Of a DNA stretch of 64,000 nucleotides, positions 63,788 to 64,000 are shown one piece after another. How positions within the stretch are numbered: position 1 is the first letter of the stretch; every line of letters begins with the position of its first letter. A program made the position numbers and the translations under genes. The stretch is from Lama glama (Eukaryota): NCBI GenBank assembly GCA_028534125.1, contig CM052816.1, positions 81,842,001 to 81,906,000 on the forward strand. Reading direction: 5' to 3'. The notes under the pieces were generated by a model. It was not told the DNA's origin and did no database searches. It saw nothing but the letters and a program-made list of their open reading frames with translations.

Positions 63788-63861
63788 TACTCAATTTCTT
63801 GTTCTGTGCTGATGTGGTGAGGAAGTTCTGAATAGTCACAGGTTAGACCAGCCTGGTGAAC
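63788..63861 (-). CDS. C5orf22: C5orf22 penultimate coding exon, 5' part (rest lost in assembly gap)
   Basis: Acceptor ttgtcttgttttcag| then VHQAGLTCDYSELPHHISTEQEIE, recognised as C5orf22 sequence just upstream of the last-exon peptide. Runs into N at 63787. Confidence 0.92.
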
Positions 63862-64000
63862 CTGAAAACAAGACAATTAAAAATTGCATAGTAAGGCTTT
63901 GTTGTTTTTAGAAGATTCTTTAATAGCCTTGCTGACAAATTTTTAATATTTTTGTGGATTTGGACTGCTTTTTCCTTAATAGTTCCCATGCCAAAGAAGT

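Noticed and set aside
63111..63839. Long X-containing ORFs at the second gap
   Set aside because: Gap artefacts; only the VHQAG..EIE frame is real C5orf22.

Overview
Mammalian genomic DNA, most likely a camelid (a vic-1-like tRNA SINE and camelid-type L1 3' ends are present). It is not prokaryotic: there is no CRISPR, rRNA, real tRNA gene or operon, and almost all entries in the ORF track are chance ORFs. Both genes are on the minus strand. The right end holds the last two coding exons and 3'UTR of C5orf22 (UPF0489 protein), with the penultimate exon cut by a 500-N gap. About 30 kb of repeat-rich intergenic DNA follows. A CpG island at ~29.8-30.97 kb carries a non-coding first exon that I assign to PDZD2 from recalled 5'UTR similarity and the known C5orf22-PDZD2 order, so bases 1-30389 are its intron 1. 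Most remaining sequence is old interspersed repeats (MIR, L2, L3/CR1, L1M, MLT1, LTR16/ERVL, MER2/3/5/20/47). The most notable signals are: (1) a ~33-bp-period array of fused GC-box/NF-kB sites just upstream of the PDZD2 first exon; (2) a CpG-rich intergenic patch whose splice sites and frames could give an in-frame alternative C5orf22 C-terminus (speculative); (3) a ~100-nt polyadenylated mRNA retro-fragment nested inside a MER47. Gene and repeat names come from recognition without database searches, and repeat boundaries are approximate unless TSDs/TIRs are quoted. I did not find a demonstrably new biological system.
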